This document shows positions 12,913-26,290 of a DNA stretch of 64,000 nt, one piece after another. A program made the position numbers and the translations under genes. Source of the stretch: Camelus ferus (taxonomy: Eukaryota); contig NC_045697.1 of assembly GCF_009834535.1 (NCBI RefSeq), positions 56,360,001 to 56,424,000 on the forward strand, in the 5' to 3' direction. The notes beneath the pieces were generated by a model. The model was not told the DNA's origin, did not search any database, and saw nothing but the letters and a program-made list of their open reading frames with translations. Position 1 is the first letter of the stretch. Each line of letters begins with the position of its first letter.

Positions 12913-13699
12913 TAATTCCAATTGTCATACTTGACCCTTCCCTAAAGATTTTAAACTTAGACTCTTTGTATAATGATTTTGGTTCCTTCTGATAAAAATA
13001 TTGGAATTTGCAAAATATTTAAACTGCAATTAACATCCAGTTTCCTCAAAAACATATTCATGAATCTTTGCATTCAAATATGGTTTTGCAACTGGAGTTC
13101 TATACTGAGATTGTAGGACACTAGCATAATTATGTGAAACCTAATTAGAAGTTTATTTGTGACAGTGTTATACAACATTACTTGAAAAAAAATAACCAAG
13201 AAACTGTACTGTCTACAAAAAGAGACTTTCCTATGACTTTCTCATCAACAAGCCTCTGCTGGTGGCCTGGGGTGAAGAGTTTCATTCTTACAGGAAGGGA
13301 TGTTGTTAAGCACAAACGCTCCCTCTCCTTTGTGTATGGTGCCATAATGGTCTCCTTTTATAAAGAGAATAGCCAACCAATAATCTGCTGTATTCACGGA
13401 AATGAATCATATTTGTATTTTGTTTGCATTTATATTCATAAAAAGTGACATCACTATGCCTATGGAAATTATCCATAACTCCTTTGTGTATAAAATCACT
13501 ATTACAAGGGTATTTGCTTTTTACTCTCATGTAAAGATGGAATTCTTTCAGCAAGTAGACTGTTCTTGCTCTTGCTTTGCCACAGAGTAAAGACTGTGAT
13601 AAACAGGACTGTCGCCCAATCCGATAGGCGCTCTTGACCAGGTAGGAGGGATGAGGTGGTGGTAAAAAGTTCACATTTAACAAAAACACACTATTTTGT

Positions 13700-13880
13700 G
13701 TTAGAATTTTTCACACTTATTTTTGAGATACACTTTATTGTCTCTGCTTTATTGAGGAGGAAACCATGACTCAAAACTGTTAAGAAATTGCCCAAGGCCC
13801 GACTTCTCATTAAAGGTAGGATTAAATCCACAGTTATTTGAGACCAAAAGCATGAAATTTTTACCACACTATTCTGATTC
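13700..13880 (-). mobile_element. MIR SINE
   Basis: gaggaaac...gttaagaaattgcccaagg...ggattaaatcca core. Confidence 0.65.
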
Positions 13881-14549
13881 CACACCATGCTATCTAGATA
13901 ATGGATTTATTTCAGCCAACCTAATTTAATTGATGTAAGAACTGAAGGTTAATGAGAAAAAATGTAAACCTTGGGTGGGAACCAGGGTCTGACTGATACA
14001 TTCCTAACATATTCAGTTTTCAGAATAAGCCAGACTTTGGGAGTTGAGAATAATTTTTCTTATTTGTGATCTACCACTGAGTCACAGCACAATCTAATGC
14101 AGTATATTTTTCTAGTATATGTCAGAGTTTTCTCAACTGCAAGGTTAGAAAATTGTCATAAATATATATTACTTAATTCAAACTGTGATTTCTGAACTTT
14201 AATTATGAAACTTTCAAGTCTACAGGTGATTCACTGCCAAATTATTATTATTGAAAGTAAAATAAGTTGATGTTAATGAAAATCCACAGTAGTCATTCAA
14301 ATTAAGCAGAGTTTTATATAAAATACTAAATGTATTTTTACTTGAATTTAGCAGATAAAAATAATGAATTGGAATGAAGTTGGCAAAAATACTGAAATAT
14401 GGATGAAATTTTTTTTCACAGCAAGAGTTATTAGTTCTTAAATCATCCCTCTAGTTTTCTTAATAGTTGACTGTGAAAAATACTAGTATGTTGGGATTAA
14501 TGTCAACTTGAAGTTTCTTAGTGATCTTTAGTTTCCAGAAAGTAAAAAT

Positions 14550-15035
14550 TTTCATTCAATCCTCACAAGAGTTCTTTGAGTAAGACTTTTACTCTATTTT
14601 TCTTTTGAACAAAGGAGGAAATGGAACCCATGCAAGTTAAGTGATTTGCATCATATCCCCTAACTCATTATCCCTTCTCTCTTTTAACGTTAACCCTTGC
14701 CTCGGAGTTCCAGGTGATGCTCTTTTCCCCACATGTTGTGGAATCTGCCCTTGAATATCCTCAGCTTCAGTCTCCGTGGCTCCCTTTACCTTACCCTGCA
14801 CATCTATGTGAGGGAGCACGTAGCACTGTGGCTGCCTGGAGCCACCGTGTCCTATCCTGCTGTCACTTAATTGTTGTGTGATCCCAGGCAAGCCATTTAA
14901 CATCCCTGCTTCCAGTTCCTTATCTATTAAATGAGGAAATAATACGACTGTTATAAGACTGTAAGAATATGGAACTAGAGGAAAGTACCCACCACATAAT
15001 GCCCACCACATAATAACTTCAGTAAATGTTGTGTA
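14550..15035. mobile_element. Two MIR fragments in opposite orientation (minus ~14550-14660; plus ~14810-15035)
   Basis: aatcctcacaa...gaggaaatgga...gttaagtgatttgc; tgtgtgatcccaggcaagccatttaac...ttccttatctattaaatgagga. Confidence 0.65.
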
Positions 15036-15149
15036 TCTTTATTCATCCTACTCTACCATTTCCTCACTGTTGAAACATGAGTTACCTTAACATTCTTATT
15101 TCTTCCTTTTATTAATTTCACTACACTCATTCCTCTCACTCTATATTCG

Positions 15150-15830
15150 TTTTAAGTTAATGTTATCAAAACTTTCAAACATATAAAATTTGATAAAATG
15201 TTAATAAATTCCCTTGTACATATAAGCCAGCTTTGAAAATTATCAAACCAATGCCAATCTTGTTTTGTATGTAATTCCACAGACTCTTTCCTCTCTCAGA
15301 TTAAAAAAAAAAAAATGCCAGTTACTGTATCACTTCATAAATAAATATTTCAGTGTGTATCTCCAAAATAGATTTTTTAAAATATAAGCATAGTACTACT
15401 GCACTACCTAAAATTTCACAATCTTTTAAAATATTTTCAAATATCCAACCAGTATTTCCCTGTTTATTATGTCTTTTTTTTTTTTTTTTTACAGTTCCCT
15501 TGAATCAGTATCCAAATATTCCTTTTATTTCCTGTAAATTCACAGTTGGGCTTATAGATTCAGGTGAGTCAGATTCAGGTTTGATTTTTTTAAAAAATCA
15601 TAGGTACTTGCGTTAGTACACACTTAAAGTCAAGCTATCTTTCTATGATGTTAACAGCAACTGATGATCATGGCCAAATTGTTATCCATTTAATAATTTC
15701 AAGTGGTGATTTTCATCATTCTTTCTCCATTTAATTGCTATACCACTTTTATAAAAATTAATTTCCCTTGATCAACTATTTAGTTATTCTGAGACAGAGT
15801 TTACATAGATAAAGCAGAACAGTGTGTTGG
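15150..15830 (-). mobile_element. Ancient L1MC/ME-type 3' fragment
   Basis: Resembles reversed old L1M 3'UTR (aactttcaaacatataaaa...ccaatcttgttt). Confidence 0.5.
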
Positions 15831-15879
15831 TGTTATTTTTTTCTGTCATTATTTAAAAGTACACAAGTGTTTAAATGTG

Positions 15880-16530
15880 CCCCCTGTGGCCCTTGGACCT
15901 GATGGCATATTTTATTGACTTTCTTTCCTCAGTTCCTCTATTCTCATCTTGACGAGCATCTTAATAACATTAAAAAGTTCCTTTTGATTTTATGTCTACC
16001 TCATATATCCCCCCTTTCTTGGCATCCAAGAACTCAGTCTTTCTTGCTTTGCCTATATTTCTGCTCATTTATCTTCAGTCATTTCCTCTATCTTTTATTA
16101 TTCTGCCTTCCTTTTAAATAGTGAAATTGCAGGATTGTGTCTTTAGTACCCTTTCAATCCCATGCTGTATACTTTCCCTTGGAAGTTGCGTCAACTCACA
16201 AATCTTCAATTTTAACATGTGTGGGAATGGAATTCCATACTGAATCTTCAATGCCTATCTTTCTCCCAAAATATAGCTCCATGTGTATACATTTTTACTA
16301 AAACTCTCCAACTGGCTGTAATGTATGCATTTTAAAATCAGCATATCCCAAACTGACTTCCTTACCTGCAACACAATTTATATTTTATTCCATACTCCCA
16401 ATAGAAGATACTACCTTATATGTAGTTGACAAAGTAGATATCCAAAATTTATATTTTAAATTTTGTTTGCCCTCAGATCCATCTAAAACTTGTAAAATGT
16501 TATTAGTTTCAGATTGAATATTTCTCAGGA
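15880..16530 (+). mobile_element. L2 LINE fragment (ORF2/RT region)
   Basis: Pyrimidine-rich; ...tttaaaatcagcatatcccaaactgac resembles the L2 'LKLNxSKTE' coding segment. Confidence 0.55.
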
Positions 16531-18198
16531 TATATTACCAGCAAATGTAGAAAAAATAAGAAAAATTCAAAGATCATACTGAGTAGGAAATGTAGCCTAG
16601 AAAATTAAATATATCACCCAGAACCAAAGAGACACTCTTGCTTGATACTTTATTGTATACATTTTTATGGTGGGGATTTAATAGGACTCTTACACCGTTG
16701 AGCAATCAATTATAAACATACAGCATATTTTTATCCAAAATTTTGTAACATAGTATAATTTTGAATCGTGAAAGAAAAATTTAGAAGGCATCAGATTAAC
16801 TGATCTTTTGTCCAAATAAATAGACATACCCCACGGTGCTCTGAAACCATGTCAGCAAACAAATTGATTTGGATTATACTGAAAATATTTTTTCAAGATA
16901 ATAAAAAATTTAGTCACAGTCATTTGAAAGGATAAACCTTGAAGGGTTTTCACTCTGATATAAGGATAAAGTAAACTGATTTACTGCGTGCTCCCTGGAG
17001 TGGTAACAGCTCTAACCACATCAAGTATGGCGGTCAGACCAAAGAACAAATGTTTTTCAATCATCCGTTTTTTTCTCTACAAGTATGTGAAATACAGTTA
17101 TAATGAGTATTAATATCAAAGAAAATATTTCAGAAATGTGCAGCCTCAGTGTGTTTTCAGGACAGATATGTGGCAGATTTCTCAGTCCTTCGCTTTGTTA
17201 ATGCTGAAGAAGGGACAAGAAATTAGGATCTAATGTCTGTGGGGAAGCACAGATCTTTCTCAAGATTTGATGAATGTCCCTCATGTTTATTCATGAACTG
17301 TCCCTTCAGTTCCATCAAAGCACATGGTCCTGATTGTCCATAACACAAAAAGAAAGTTTCCAACAAATAAATGCTCCTTGTTCTATATGAAAAAAAAAAA
17401 AAAATGGTTCGAAGGTCGACTTCAAATAGGTTTTGAAAACTTTGCTTATATTATTCTCTATTGGAGCATCACAAAACATTTTAGAAATACAAAGCCTCAA
17501 CTAATAAGTTTAGTTCAATGAGTCTCCAGACGTGTGACCATGGAACTCTCTTACCTGGTAGGCATTATTACTACTACCACATGGTAATTCTGAGAGTGAA
17601 TTGTCATTTGTGTGAACACTCCTCAAGTTAACTATAAGAATGCTGTATTTTCTCAACCAGTGTTACTGTGGGAAAACAGTGACAAGAATATATCCCCTCT
17701 GGGTCGTATCAGTGGTATTATATCTGAATGATTCATCCATACTCACGCCTGCTTTGCCTGGAGACCAGCGCACTAGCACAATTATGATGCAGCTGGACAG
17801 AGCTGAGTGGTCCCTAAGACAAATAAAAACAAATTACTCAAATTCACTCTCTTTGAACTGTGCATTATATTGCATTATTTTCTGATACTTAGGATATGGC
17901 CCTAAAATAAGGGTTCACTGAATAAAACAGTAAAACAAAAATTATTGCCCTGGTGAATGTGCCATTTGATATTAAAAGTTACAGAATTACTCTTTGAATA
18001 TTCTAAGTCAAAGAAGGCAGCAGACTGGGGAAATGGAGCTTTTCTGAGAAAAAAACAAAGTGTGTAACAAGCAGCTTTTGATGGAGAGAGCATCTTAGTA
18101 GAAACGAGTGCATCAGCACAATGCATCCCCCTGAGGAACTGAGGGAAAAGAGTCCGCTGGGTCCTGGAAATAAGACTGAAAATCAAGAAAGCATTGTG

Positions 18199-18220
18199 CA
18201 CACACACACACACACACACA
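18199..18220. repeat. (CA)11 microsatellite
   Basis: Seen directly. Confidence 0.95.
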
Positions 18221-19164
18221 GACGCATTTTGCTAAACTTTAGATTAAGGATGTTATGTGTAATGTGTGAAAAAAAGAGGTATAAAAATGGAAGTACATAT
18301 ATGTAGGACTCAGAAAATTGGAGAATAAACAAAATAAAAGAAATACATATAACAATTTTACATGGATATTTCTGAAGAAATGACCTAGAGCCAACAGTCA
18401 AAAACAGGCATTATTAACCTTGTGAACATTATTTAATGCCTCTGGATGACAGCCTTGGAGAATTGGGGAACAGTGCAAAACCTGGAATTCTGGAGAGAGT
18501 ACTCACCAGCATCATTAAATTCTCAAAGGATTACCTGACCACAAAATATTAAAAATCATGACTTAAAGTAATTGTTGAATATCCTTTAGTCAGTGACATC
18601 TTGTATTTGTAAGCAAGCAATTTGTAATAGGACTTTCCTAATATTTTCACTTACTTTTCCAAAGGTTCAGTCTAGGGAGTAGTTCTGAGAGATTACTTTC
18701 AGAAGATTAACTTTTTTGTATCTTTTGGCCAGTGGATAAAATATATTGATGGTAATAGCTTCATAATATAGTCGAATCTAGAGATAACATAATCTGATTT
18801 CTATTTATTATGAACTAAATGGAAAACTATTCTAACACTAGACAAATTCTACTACGTAACCAAAACAATGGTGTTATCATAGACGACAGCTTTAAAAAAT
18901 AGTAAGGAGTCATCTAACTACTAAATTACATGGATGTGAAATCTAATGTGTTTGCTTTCACAACAGGATTTTTAGCACAAATTTATTTCTTAAACCTAAA
19001 CTCAAAGTTTATTCCCAGCTGGTGGCAATACATGCCTGTATCACTTTAGTGGCTAGCGTTCACACATTCACATGACTATTACCTTAAGGAATGTTCCTAT
19101 TACTAGAACTAGTTTTGATATTTTGGCTGATCAGATGAGTTTTAATAGTTCATATAGGTCCCTT

Positions 19165-19830
19165 TTCCAACATTCACTTATTCATCTTCTCATTCATTTA
19201 AGCACTTTTTATGTTAGACATTCAGACCCCTGGGCTATAGACTGTAGCACAAAACCTGGCTCTGTCACTTACTAGCTGTGTGACTTTGGGAAAGTTGGTG
19301 CACATCTCCAGCCTCAGCCTCTTCATCTGTAATAAATACGGACAAGAATACATTTGCTATAAGTACTTCCCTCACTCTTTTTTTGCTCTTGTACTCTTTT
19401 TGCTCTTGTCGCATAGATCTGCAAGCTACTGTCTACCTCAGGATCATTGTATGTGCTCTTTCCTACACCAGGAACACTCCTCCCCCTGCATTTTGTAGGG
19501 CTCATTATTCTTTTTTTTTTTTTTAAACATTTTTTTATTGATTTATAATCATTTTACAATAGGGCTCATTATTCTTAAGGTCTCTGATTAAATGTCTGCC
19601 TGGTTACTCACTCAGCTTGTCTAAAATTATCACACCATGCCCCATCTTTCTTCAAAGAAACTTCTAAATATATAGTTGTTTCAGTTGTCTATGTCATTGT
19701 TTGTTTATTCTTTTCTTCCCCTTTGGAATATAAGCTCAATAAAAGCAGAAATCAGGTCTCTTTTGCTGAGTGCTGTGTCCCTATCACCCAGCCCCATTCT
19801 TGGATCAGCATAGGCACAGTCATCAATCCT
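19165..19830. mobile_element. L2 and MIR fragment cluster (MIR ~19225-19350; L2 3' end + ~19380-19830)
   Basis: cctggctctgtcacttactagctgtgtgactttggg (MIR); aatataagctc...gcagaaatcaggtctc...tgctgtgtcc (L2 3' end). Confidence 0.7.
19513..19559 (-). mobile_element. Ultra-short (~47 bp) camelid-type L1 3' end with perfect 17-bp TSD
   Basis: poly(T)-aaacattttttttattgatttataatcattttacaa; TSD TAGGGCTCATTATTCTT at 19496-19512 and 19560-19576. Confidence 0.88.
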
Positions 19831-20245
19831 TTTTCTAGAAGGCTGCCCCAAAGCCTGGTCAAGATGTGTTTCTTTGTCACTAATTCTTGAGGCAAAGTAA
19901 GCCCTCATATTAGTACACATGATGTGATCCAGTGAATGTTAGGTTTTCTGCAATAGGTTATATAATCTTCCCCCAGAATCTTTTTGGAGACTAAAGCAGG
20001 AACGTCAGAGAGGAGATAAGTGGTGTTGTTTCCAATTATTGCTATTGAGGTTACTGTTGGTTTATTGTGATTTCCAGGATAAGACTCATGACTTCAAGAA
20101 GCTGTGAGTTATCAAGTGAGACAGATCAATAAAGAAATTAAGTACACTAAAGCATCATGTGCACATGGGGTTTTAGGAAGAAGAAAGAAGGAAGAGTCAA
20201 TCTCAGATGGCTAAGGAAAGGCTTCTTCACGGAGTTTACATTCTA

Positions 20246-20450
20246 GAGGTGTACTGTCCAATATGGTGGCCCCTAGCCAAATGTGGCTATTTAATTTTAG
20301 ATTTGAATTAATTAAAATTAAAAATTTAATTCTTCCATCTCATTAGCCATATTTCAAGTGCTCACATGTGGCTAGTCGTCATCCTAAGAGACACTGCAGA
20401 TATGCAACAGGCCTATCATTGCAGAAATTCTTTTCAACAACACTGATCTG
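20246..20450. mobile_element. MER3-like hAT-Charlie element inserted in a minus-strand L2 (~20080-20760)
   Basis: ctgtccaatatggtggc...atgtggctattt...ccatatttcaagtgctc...atgtggctagt...atcattgcagaaa. Confidence 0.8.
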
Positions 20451-22399
20451 GAGAACTGACAGTCTTACAGGTTATTCTGTGGGAGGATGACTTAGAGACG
20501 GCAAACATCAAGTCAAGAGAACCAATTAGCATAGAGCTGCAGTAAGTGAGGTAAATGAGAAATGCTTAAACCAGGACATACTCTGGGGGGAGGGGTGCTA
20601 ATAGAAAGGAAGGAATTAATAAGAAAGAACTTAAAGAGGTAGAATCCACAGGACACATGGATGGATTGATGCCATCTGTTTAGGAAAAGAGAAGGATGAG
20701 TCCATATCTGACTTGAGTGGCTAAGTGGCTGCTTCCCATGATTAAAATGAATATAAAATGTTCTATCCTGTGGATGAGAGTGAGCTTCAACAAATCTAGC
20801 CTAGTTCTTTCCCTGGTTATTTCTCTGCCCCAAAACGGAGACCAAGCTTTCACTGCTTATCTGCAGGACCCTGGATCTCAGCTCTGGTCTCAGTGACTGT
20901 TCAAATATGAAAACATTCATGTCTACACAAATAAGCATCAGCCTGCCACACAGTGCAGTTCCAATCTATATCTGGAAAAGAACCATTTCTCTGAAAAAGA
21001 TCAACACAATTTTTATTGACAAAACACTGACTCAAAAAGGCATGGCTATCAATCTACATTATCAAGAGAACACTGGGCTTCAAAGGTGAAAACTCCACAA
21101 TTACCTCAAAGATTTCATCCCAAATGTGGTTTGTTTTTTTACTGTGTACCTCTGGAATTAAAGGGATCATTCGTGAGACTCTCCTAGAATACCAGAATAA
21201 AGAATAAAAAGAAAATTCAAAGAAGGTTGGAGGTGGGGGATAAAGGTTTATGTGCTCCACTTTTTGGAAGACAAGAAACTGCAGCTGTGACATTACACTT
21301 TCATTTCCCCAGTTTCTCAAAGTCCCACCAATGTTTTGGGAGTTTCATTCAAAACTCTGCAATTCACATAATCAAATTCCTGGGAATTATTGCTAAACCA
21401 CTGGAGAATGATTGAAGGTAAAATGGGAAAGGACGTAGAGGAACTAGCTGCTCATTCTGTCCCCCACCCCCCACAACATTTTAATATGCATTCTCTGAAA
21501 GCAGTGGCTGAGGCAAAGCCTTGGGTACATGAGTCATTTGGAAGATGATTCCAGAAAGCCAGAGTGAGGAAAGAAAAGGGAGGAAAAGCCAAAATGATAA
21601 TCCTGTAGACACCGAGGACTTTATTTCTTCCCAGGATCCTGTGTTTTATAAGTGAAATCTGATGGAACAATGAAGCATGTGTGTGTGTGAGGGTGGGGCA
21701 ATGGGGAAGGAGGGTACTTGGATCCTGGCTTCTGAACTGCCCCACCTCTCAGCACCTCCCCTGGAGCGGCTAGACTGCCTGCTTCCCTCCCATTAGCACC
21801 ACAAGTGCCTAAATTCCCAGACCCACCCTGGCCATAGACTATGGCTACTAGACCTCCCTTTCCCTTAGCAACCAGGTCACATCCATGGCGAGGGGTCCTT
21901 GTTCCACCATCCCCATTTGACCCCCACAGCAGCCTGGGCAGGAAGGGTTGGCAATGGGCCACATCCCCCACAGTGTCTTGTAGTGGACTGTGACAACTGC
22001 AGTCCTGGTCCTGGCCACCAGCATCATGGCAGGCAACTAGGCAAGGACAAGCCTCAAGCCGATCAGTAATCCAGATACCTAGTGCTTCCCAACATGGAGG
22101 TTGCAATCCTGTGGGGGTCACCCATTCATCACGGGTTGGAGCTGTGAGCCCCTGGAAAAGGGACATTGACTCCCCACTCACATTCTCCACCTGATCTGCA
22201 TAATGTGTCTGTCCTGCAGCTGGCAGAAGGGCCAGCCTGACAACCTAATGGCCACTCATGCAAATGCTGAGTTGAGGGGATATCCTGGGCATCTGTGAAG
22301 ATCTGCACTCTCCCTGGAGTACCTCCTCACTGGAGGGAACATGACATTAAATAGCAAATTTAAAACACCCTGACTGGTCAAGAAGGAGATTAAAAGGAA

Positions 22400-22521
22400 G
22401 AAAGAAAAAAATTTTGAACTACAGTTTAGTATATTTAACAGCATTTTCTTTCTGCTTTTTGAACAAGGAGTTTTGCATTTTCATTTTGCATTGGGCCCCA
22501 CAAATCATGTAACCAGCTCTG
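22400..22521. mobile_element. MER91-like hAT-Tip100 fragment
   Basis: tttttgaacaagg...ttttcattttgcattgggccccacaaatcatgtaaccagctctg. Confidence 0.7.
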
Positions 22522-22550
22522 TTACAGGGAAGCAGCAAACTATAATCTCT

Positions 22551-22627
22551 CTTATATATATATAAATATATATATATATATTTTAACTGAAGTATAGTCA
22601 GTTTACAGTGTTGTGTCAATTTCTGGA
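22551..22627 (-). mobile_element. Short L1 3' end with (TA)n-degraded tail and 9-bp TSD
   Basis: tgaagtatagtcagtttacagtgttgtgtcaatttctgg; TSD ATAATCTCT at 22542-22550 and 22628-22636. Confidence 0.8.
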
Positions 22628-23135
22628 ATAATCTCTAAAACAGGATATAACACAGAAGAAACAAGCTGCTGCAACTACACCTGAAAACATCAATGATACT
22701 CATTTTTACCCTCCACCACCCATTCTAGTTTTCCTTCACTCTCTGTAAGCATTGCAGCCAGTCAAGTTTGCTTGTCTGATTAGGGGGCCAACTGTCAACT
22801 CTGAGTGCTCTGAGCCCTTGATTGCCTTGGTGTTTTCACACTCTGGTTGCTGCAATTGCCTATTCAAAAGCCAGAAGCCTGGGGAAAATCCCTCGTGACT
22901 TCTTTAAGTTTGACACATTTCCCTTTGTTCCCATTATGTAAGGACAATCCTAGCTCCTTATGATAATGAGGGTCAGTTATGCCTGTCAACGTAATAATTC
23001 ATTTGTTTGTTGATTCAGTAATCAAAACTCAGATTCAGTAGAGGATACATTTCCTTCCACTCCCAAACCAGCACGTGCAATGCAGCAGAAACCAAGAAGC
23101 AAACATGGAAAATGTAAATTCTGTAAGTTGGTCAC

Positions 23136-23525
23136 TGTATAGGTTTGCGAGGACTGCCACGACAAAGTACCACAGATGGGGTGGCTTAAGCAGTAGGAAT
23201 TTGTGTTTTCATGATTCTGGAGGCTAGAGGTCCAAGATCAAGGTGTCTGCAAGGGTGGTTTCTTCCGAGGCCACTCTCCTCAGCTTGTAGATGGCCATCT
23301 TCTCCTCCCTTTGTCTTCACATGGTCATCCCTCTGGGTGTGTCCTAATCTTCTCTTCTTATAAGGACATCAGTTCATTATAAGTGGATTAGGCCCACTTT
23401 ACAACCTCATTTTAACTTAATTACCTCTTTAAAGACCCTGTCTCCAAATACACTCACATTCTAAGATACTCAGGGTCAGGACTTTGACATATGAATTTGG
23501 GGCGGGAACAGCTCAGTCCATAACA
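23136..23525 (-). mobile_element. MLT1B-like MaLR solo LTR (390 bp) nested in the ERV-L internal region
   Basis: TG...CA termini; perfect 5-bp TSD GTCAC (23131-23135, 23526-23530); motifs aagtaccacaga..ggtggctta and ttctggaggctagaggtccaagatcaaggtgt. Confidence 0.9.
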
Positions 23526-25934
23526 GTCACTGAGTCTGACGACAAACCTTACTTTAAACCTGGACCCAGATATTCTAGCTGTTGTTTATAAAGCAGCATG
23601 GGTTAGTTCCTGAATTATCACAAATACTTCATCCTAGAAGATGCACCATAACTTTGCAGCGTTTCATTTCCCAACTGATCCCTTAAATGAGGGCATTCCA
23701 GGGTTCTATTTGACTGACTACTTCAGCGTGATGAGCATATGGTGGGATCAGTGGGTCTGTGACTGTCCCTTCACAGTCACAAATTCTTCACTACAAAATG
23801 CATCCTTGGTTTGAGATTCTGTGATGTGGCATTCAATGCAGTAAGTCAGGCGTATGTACTATCGACACTCCCTTAACAGTTCTGGCAGAGACACCATAAT
23901 CAGGATAGGTGAACCCATATCTGACATAGGTGTCAAAGGGGAAAAGGTGTCTGAAGGGATGAATTTGGTACCAAGTGGTCAGTCTGACATCAAGCACTAA
24001 CTGCCAGAAAAGCAGTGGCTCAACTGGCCTTGTAAAGGGGGCAATGCTGCCGGCCCCTGCGGAACTGAAATCCCCGTCACCATGACTACCCCACTCATAA
24101 ACTTGAGGCACGAGCACTAGAGAAGCCCCAGAGAGTGTTAGCTGACCTCTACCTGGTAGGTCATCATGCACACCTGGCTTTTGTGCGTCTTTTCTGCATT
24201 GGATGCTCTGTGGTGGGTATTAGTGTGAAATACAAACATTCTCTTACCATGTGCTCATTCTCATATAGCCAAAAAATCAGCATGTCACTTCTATAGATGT
24301 CCCTGGTTCTAACTCTCCAATTTGCCTGTCCACACCCTTACGCTGACCTACCAAGCTTTCACCACTATCCAGACCCTGTGTATATTGGTTCCAGGTGCTT
24401 TCTCCATTTTCCCAAGGTTACGGGCAAGTGCACCAGTAGTGTAGTGCACCTGTAGTGGAAGCAGCAGTGCTCCAGTTTTAGCTAACACCAACACAACCAG
24501 CGACACAATTTGTGAAACAGACCCCCAATTCTCCCTCAGTCCCCAGTTGGTCATGGGGATCATACCCCTTTGAATCATAAGTGTGAGCTGAGAGAGAGAT
24601 ATCATTCATTCTACCACATGGGTAAACATGGGTGGCCATGCCACCACTTCATGAAACTGATGAAGGTCCACTGGATATGCTGGTACTTGATCCAAAATGT
24701 ACTTTTACTGTTGCATGATGGATTGCTGCTACACCCACTGGGCCTTATGAGTTAACAGAACTGATAACACCAGGAAGCTCTGTTAAGTCATGAAGTCACT
24801 CATCATCAGTCTCTACCACTGCCCAGTAGCACATCACACCAATCAGATGCCAGAACGCCTGCGTAGTCCAGTGTTTCCATTTTGTCTGTACCTACCTTAA
24901 ATCAGCTAAGAGGAGAATCTGAGTAATTGTGATGGTGCAGCACTGCCATGTACCACCAGCAAAGGGATCCGTGTCATGTTCCAATGACTGGAGACTGCCA
25001 TAATAACTTGGGTCAGATAACTGAAATGACTCACTAAACAAAAGGCTTTAATGAAGCTGAAAGATTGTGAACAGACCAGTAGAAATAAAATGCAGGTAAG
25101 TATATGGGACCCAAGAAACTTCCAGGCACAGCTCTCCAAAGTCCTTTTCAATCACACAGGGTGCTCTTTAACTCTGGATTGCCAAGACGTATTTGAGGAG
25201 TCTTGGCTACAGGAGAGCTAGGGCAAATGTTTCCAGTAGGGTCTTTTTTGCCCCACTGGATATATATTCAAGCCAGCTGCTAACTGGTTTCACCAGGTAT
25301 GAGTCGTCCATCTACACGTCCCTAAATAATATAAAAAAGGTGTCTTTGGCTGCTGGGGAGTTTCTAACATTAAATAGGTCACTATCAATGACTAGCTAGC
25401 CCGTCTCCTCCTTATCTTGGCCTAGAGTCAGTATCAGACTTCCAGGCATCCTTATAGATAAGACAGAGAAGCAGTTCAGCTTTCAGACAACTGTATTTTA
25501 CGGCAGTGACCTAGTTCCCAAAGCTCATTCTGAATGGTTGCTGACTACGAACATCTCCAGTTTTAGCTTCTTCGTTTTTTTGGTTTTCTCCAAAACATAG
25601 CTTGGGTCAAAGTCATGGTTGCAGCTCACTTATTTATAAGATTCCTAGAAATCAAAGGCGGATGAGCCAGGAAAGTGAGACAGGAGAAGAAGACAAGCGT
25701 CAAGGTGGGTGCATCACTGAGGTTTCAGCTGCAATCGCCGAGAAGTGTGAAAAATTGCCTGGGGATGAGGCATGGGGTGTTGGGGCACCTCTTTAGTGAG
25801 TCATGTCGATATTCATTGAGGCTCGCTCCTGGGGGTGTCAAAGCTGCATGGGTGTGCACATGGGGCAGTCCATTACAACTCTGAAGAAGGCCATGGCCTT
25901 CGGATAGCCCTGTGACAGAAATCTTCCAGGAATT

Positions 25935-26290
25935 TGGAGAGCCTCTTGTAAAACTCAGCCATCATTAAAAATTAAATTCCATAAATTTATAATTAAATAA
26001 ATTATATGGAAAATGAAAGTAATTAATACTCAAAATCCATCTTGTCCTAATTATTTTCTATTACCGACACTCTTGTGATTATTTGTCTATTATCTGTACA
26101 GTGGAATACTAATATAATGGAGTGCTACTGCATCTCTCTTCCCAGAAATGCATTCGGAACATCAGGCTGTAGCTTGAAACTGTCCATGGTGGGAATATTT
26201 ACACCAGGGAAATGAGCAAATGCTACAAATCAGGGCTTGATTCCTGCCCCATCTAGTGCCAAATGCTTGTTGAACAGCTACTAGCCCCTC
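25935..26290. mobile_element. MER63-like hAT-Blackjack element interrupting the right-hand LTR
   Basis: cagccatcattaaaaattaaatt...gtagcttgaaa...ccatggtgggaatatttacacca...gcaaatgctacaaatcagggctt. Confidence 0.75.

Noticed and set aside
13610..13632. Possible hairpin gtcgcccaatccgataggcgc as a small RNA
   Set aside because: Stem too short and imperfect; no ncRNA family features.
17765..17810. REST/RE1 silencer site (ggacagagc)
   Set aside because: Only the right half resembles the motif; no TTCAGCACC left half at the proper spacing.
23833..24171. 112-aa minus-strand ORF as a functional or domesticated integrase
   Set aside because: Only fragments resemble ERV-L integrase; the adjacent catalytic region is frameshifted and contains stops.
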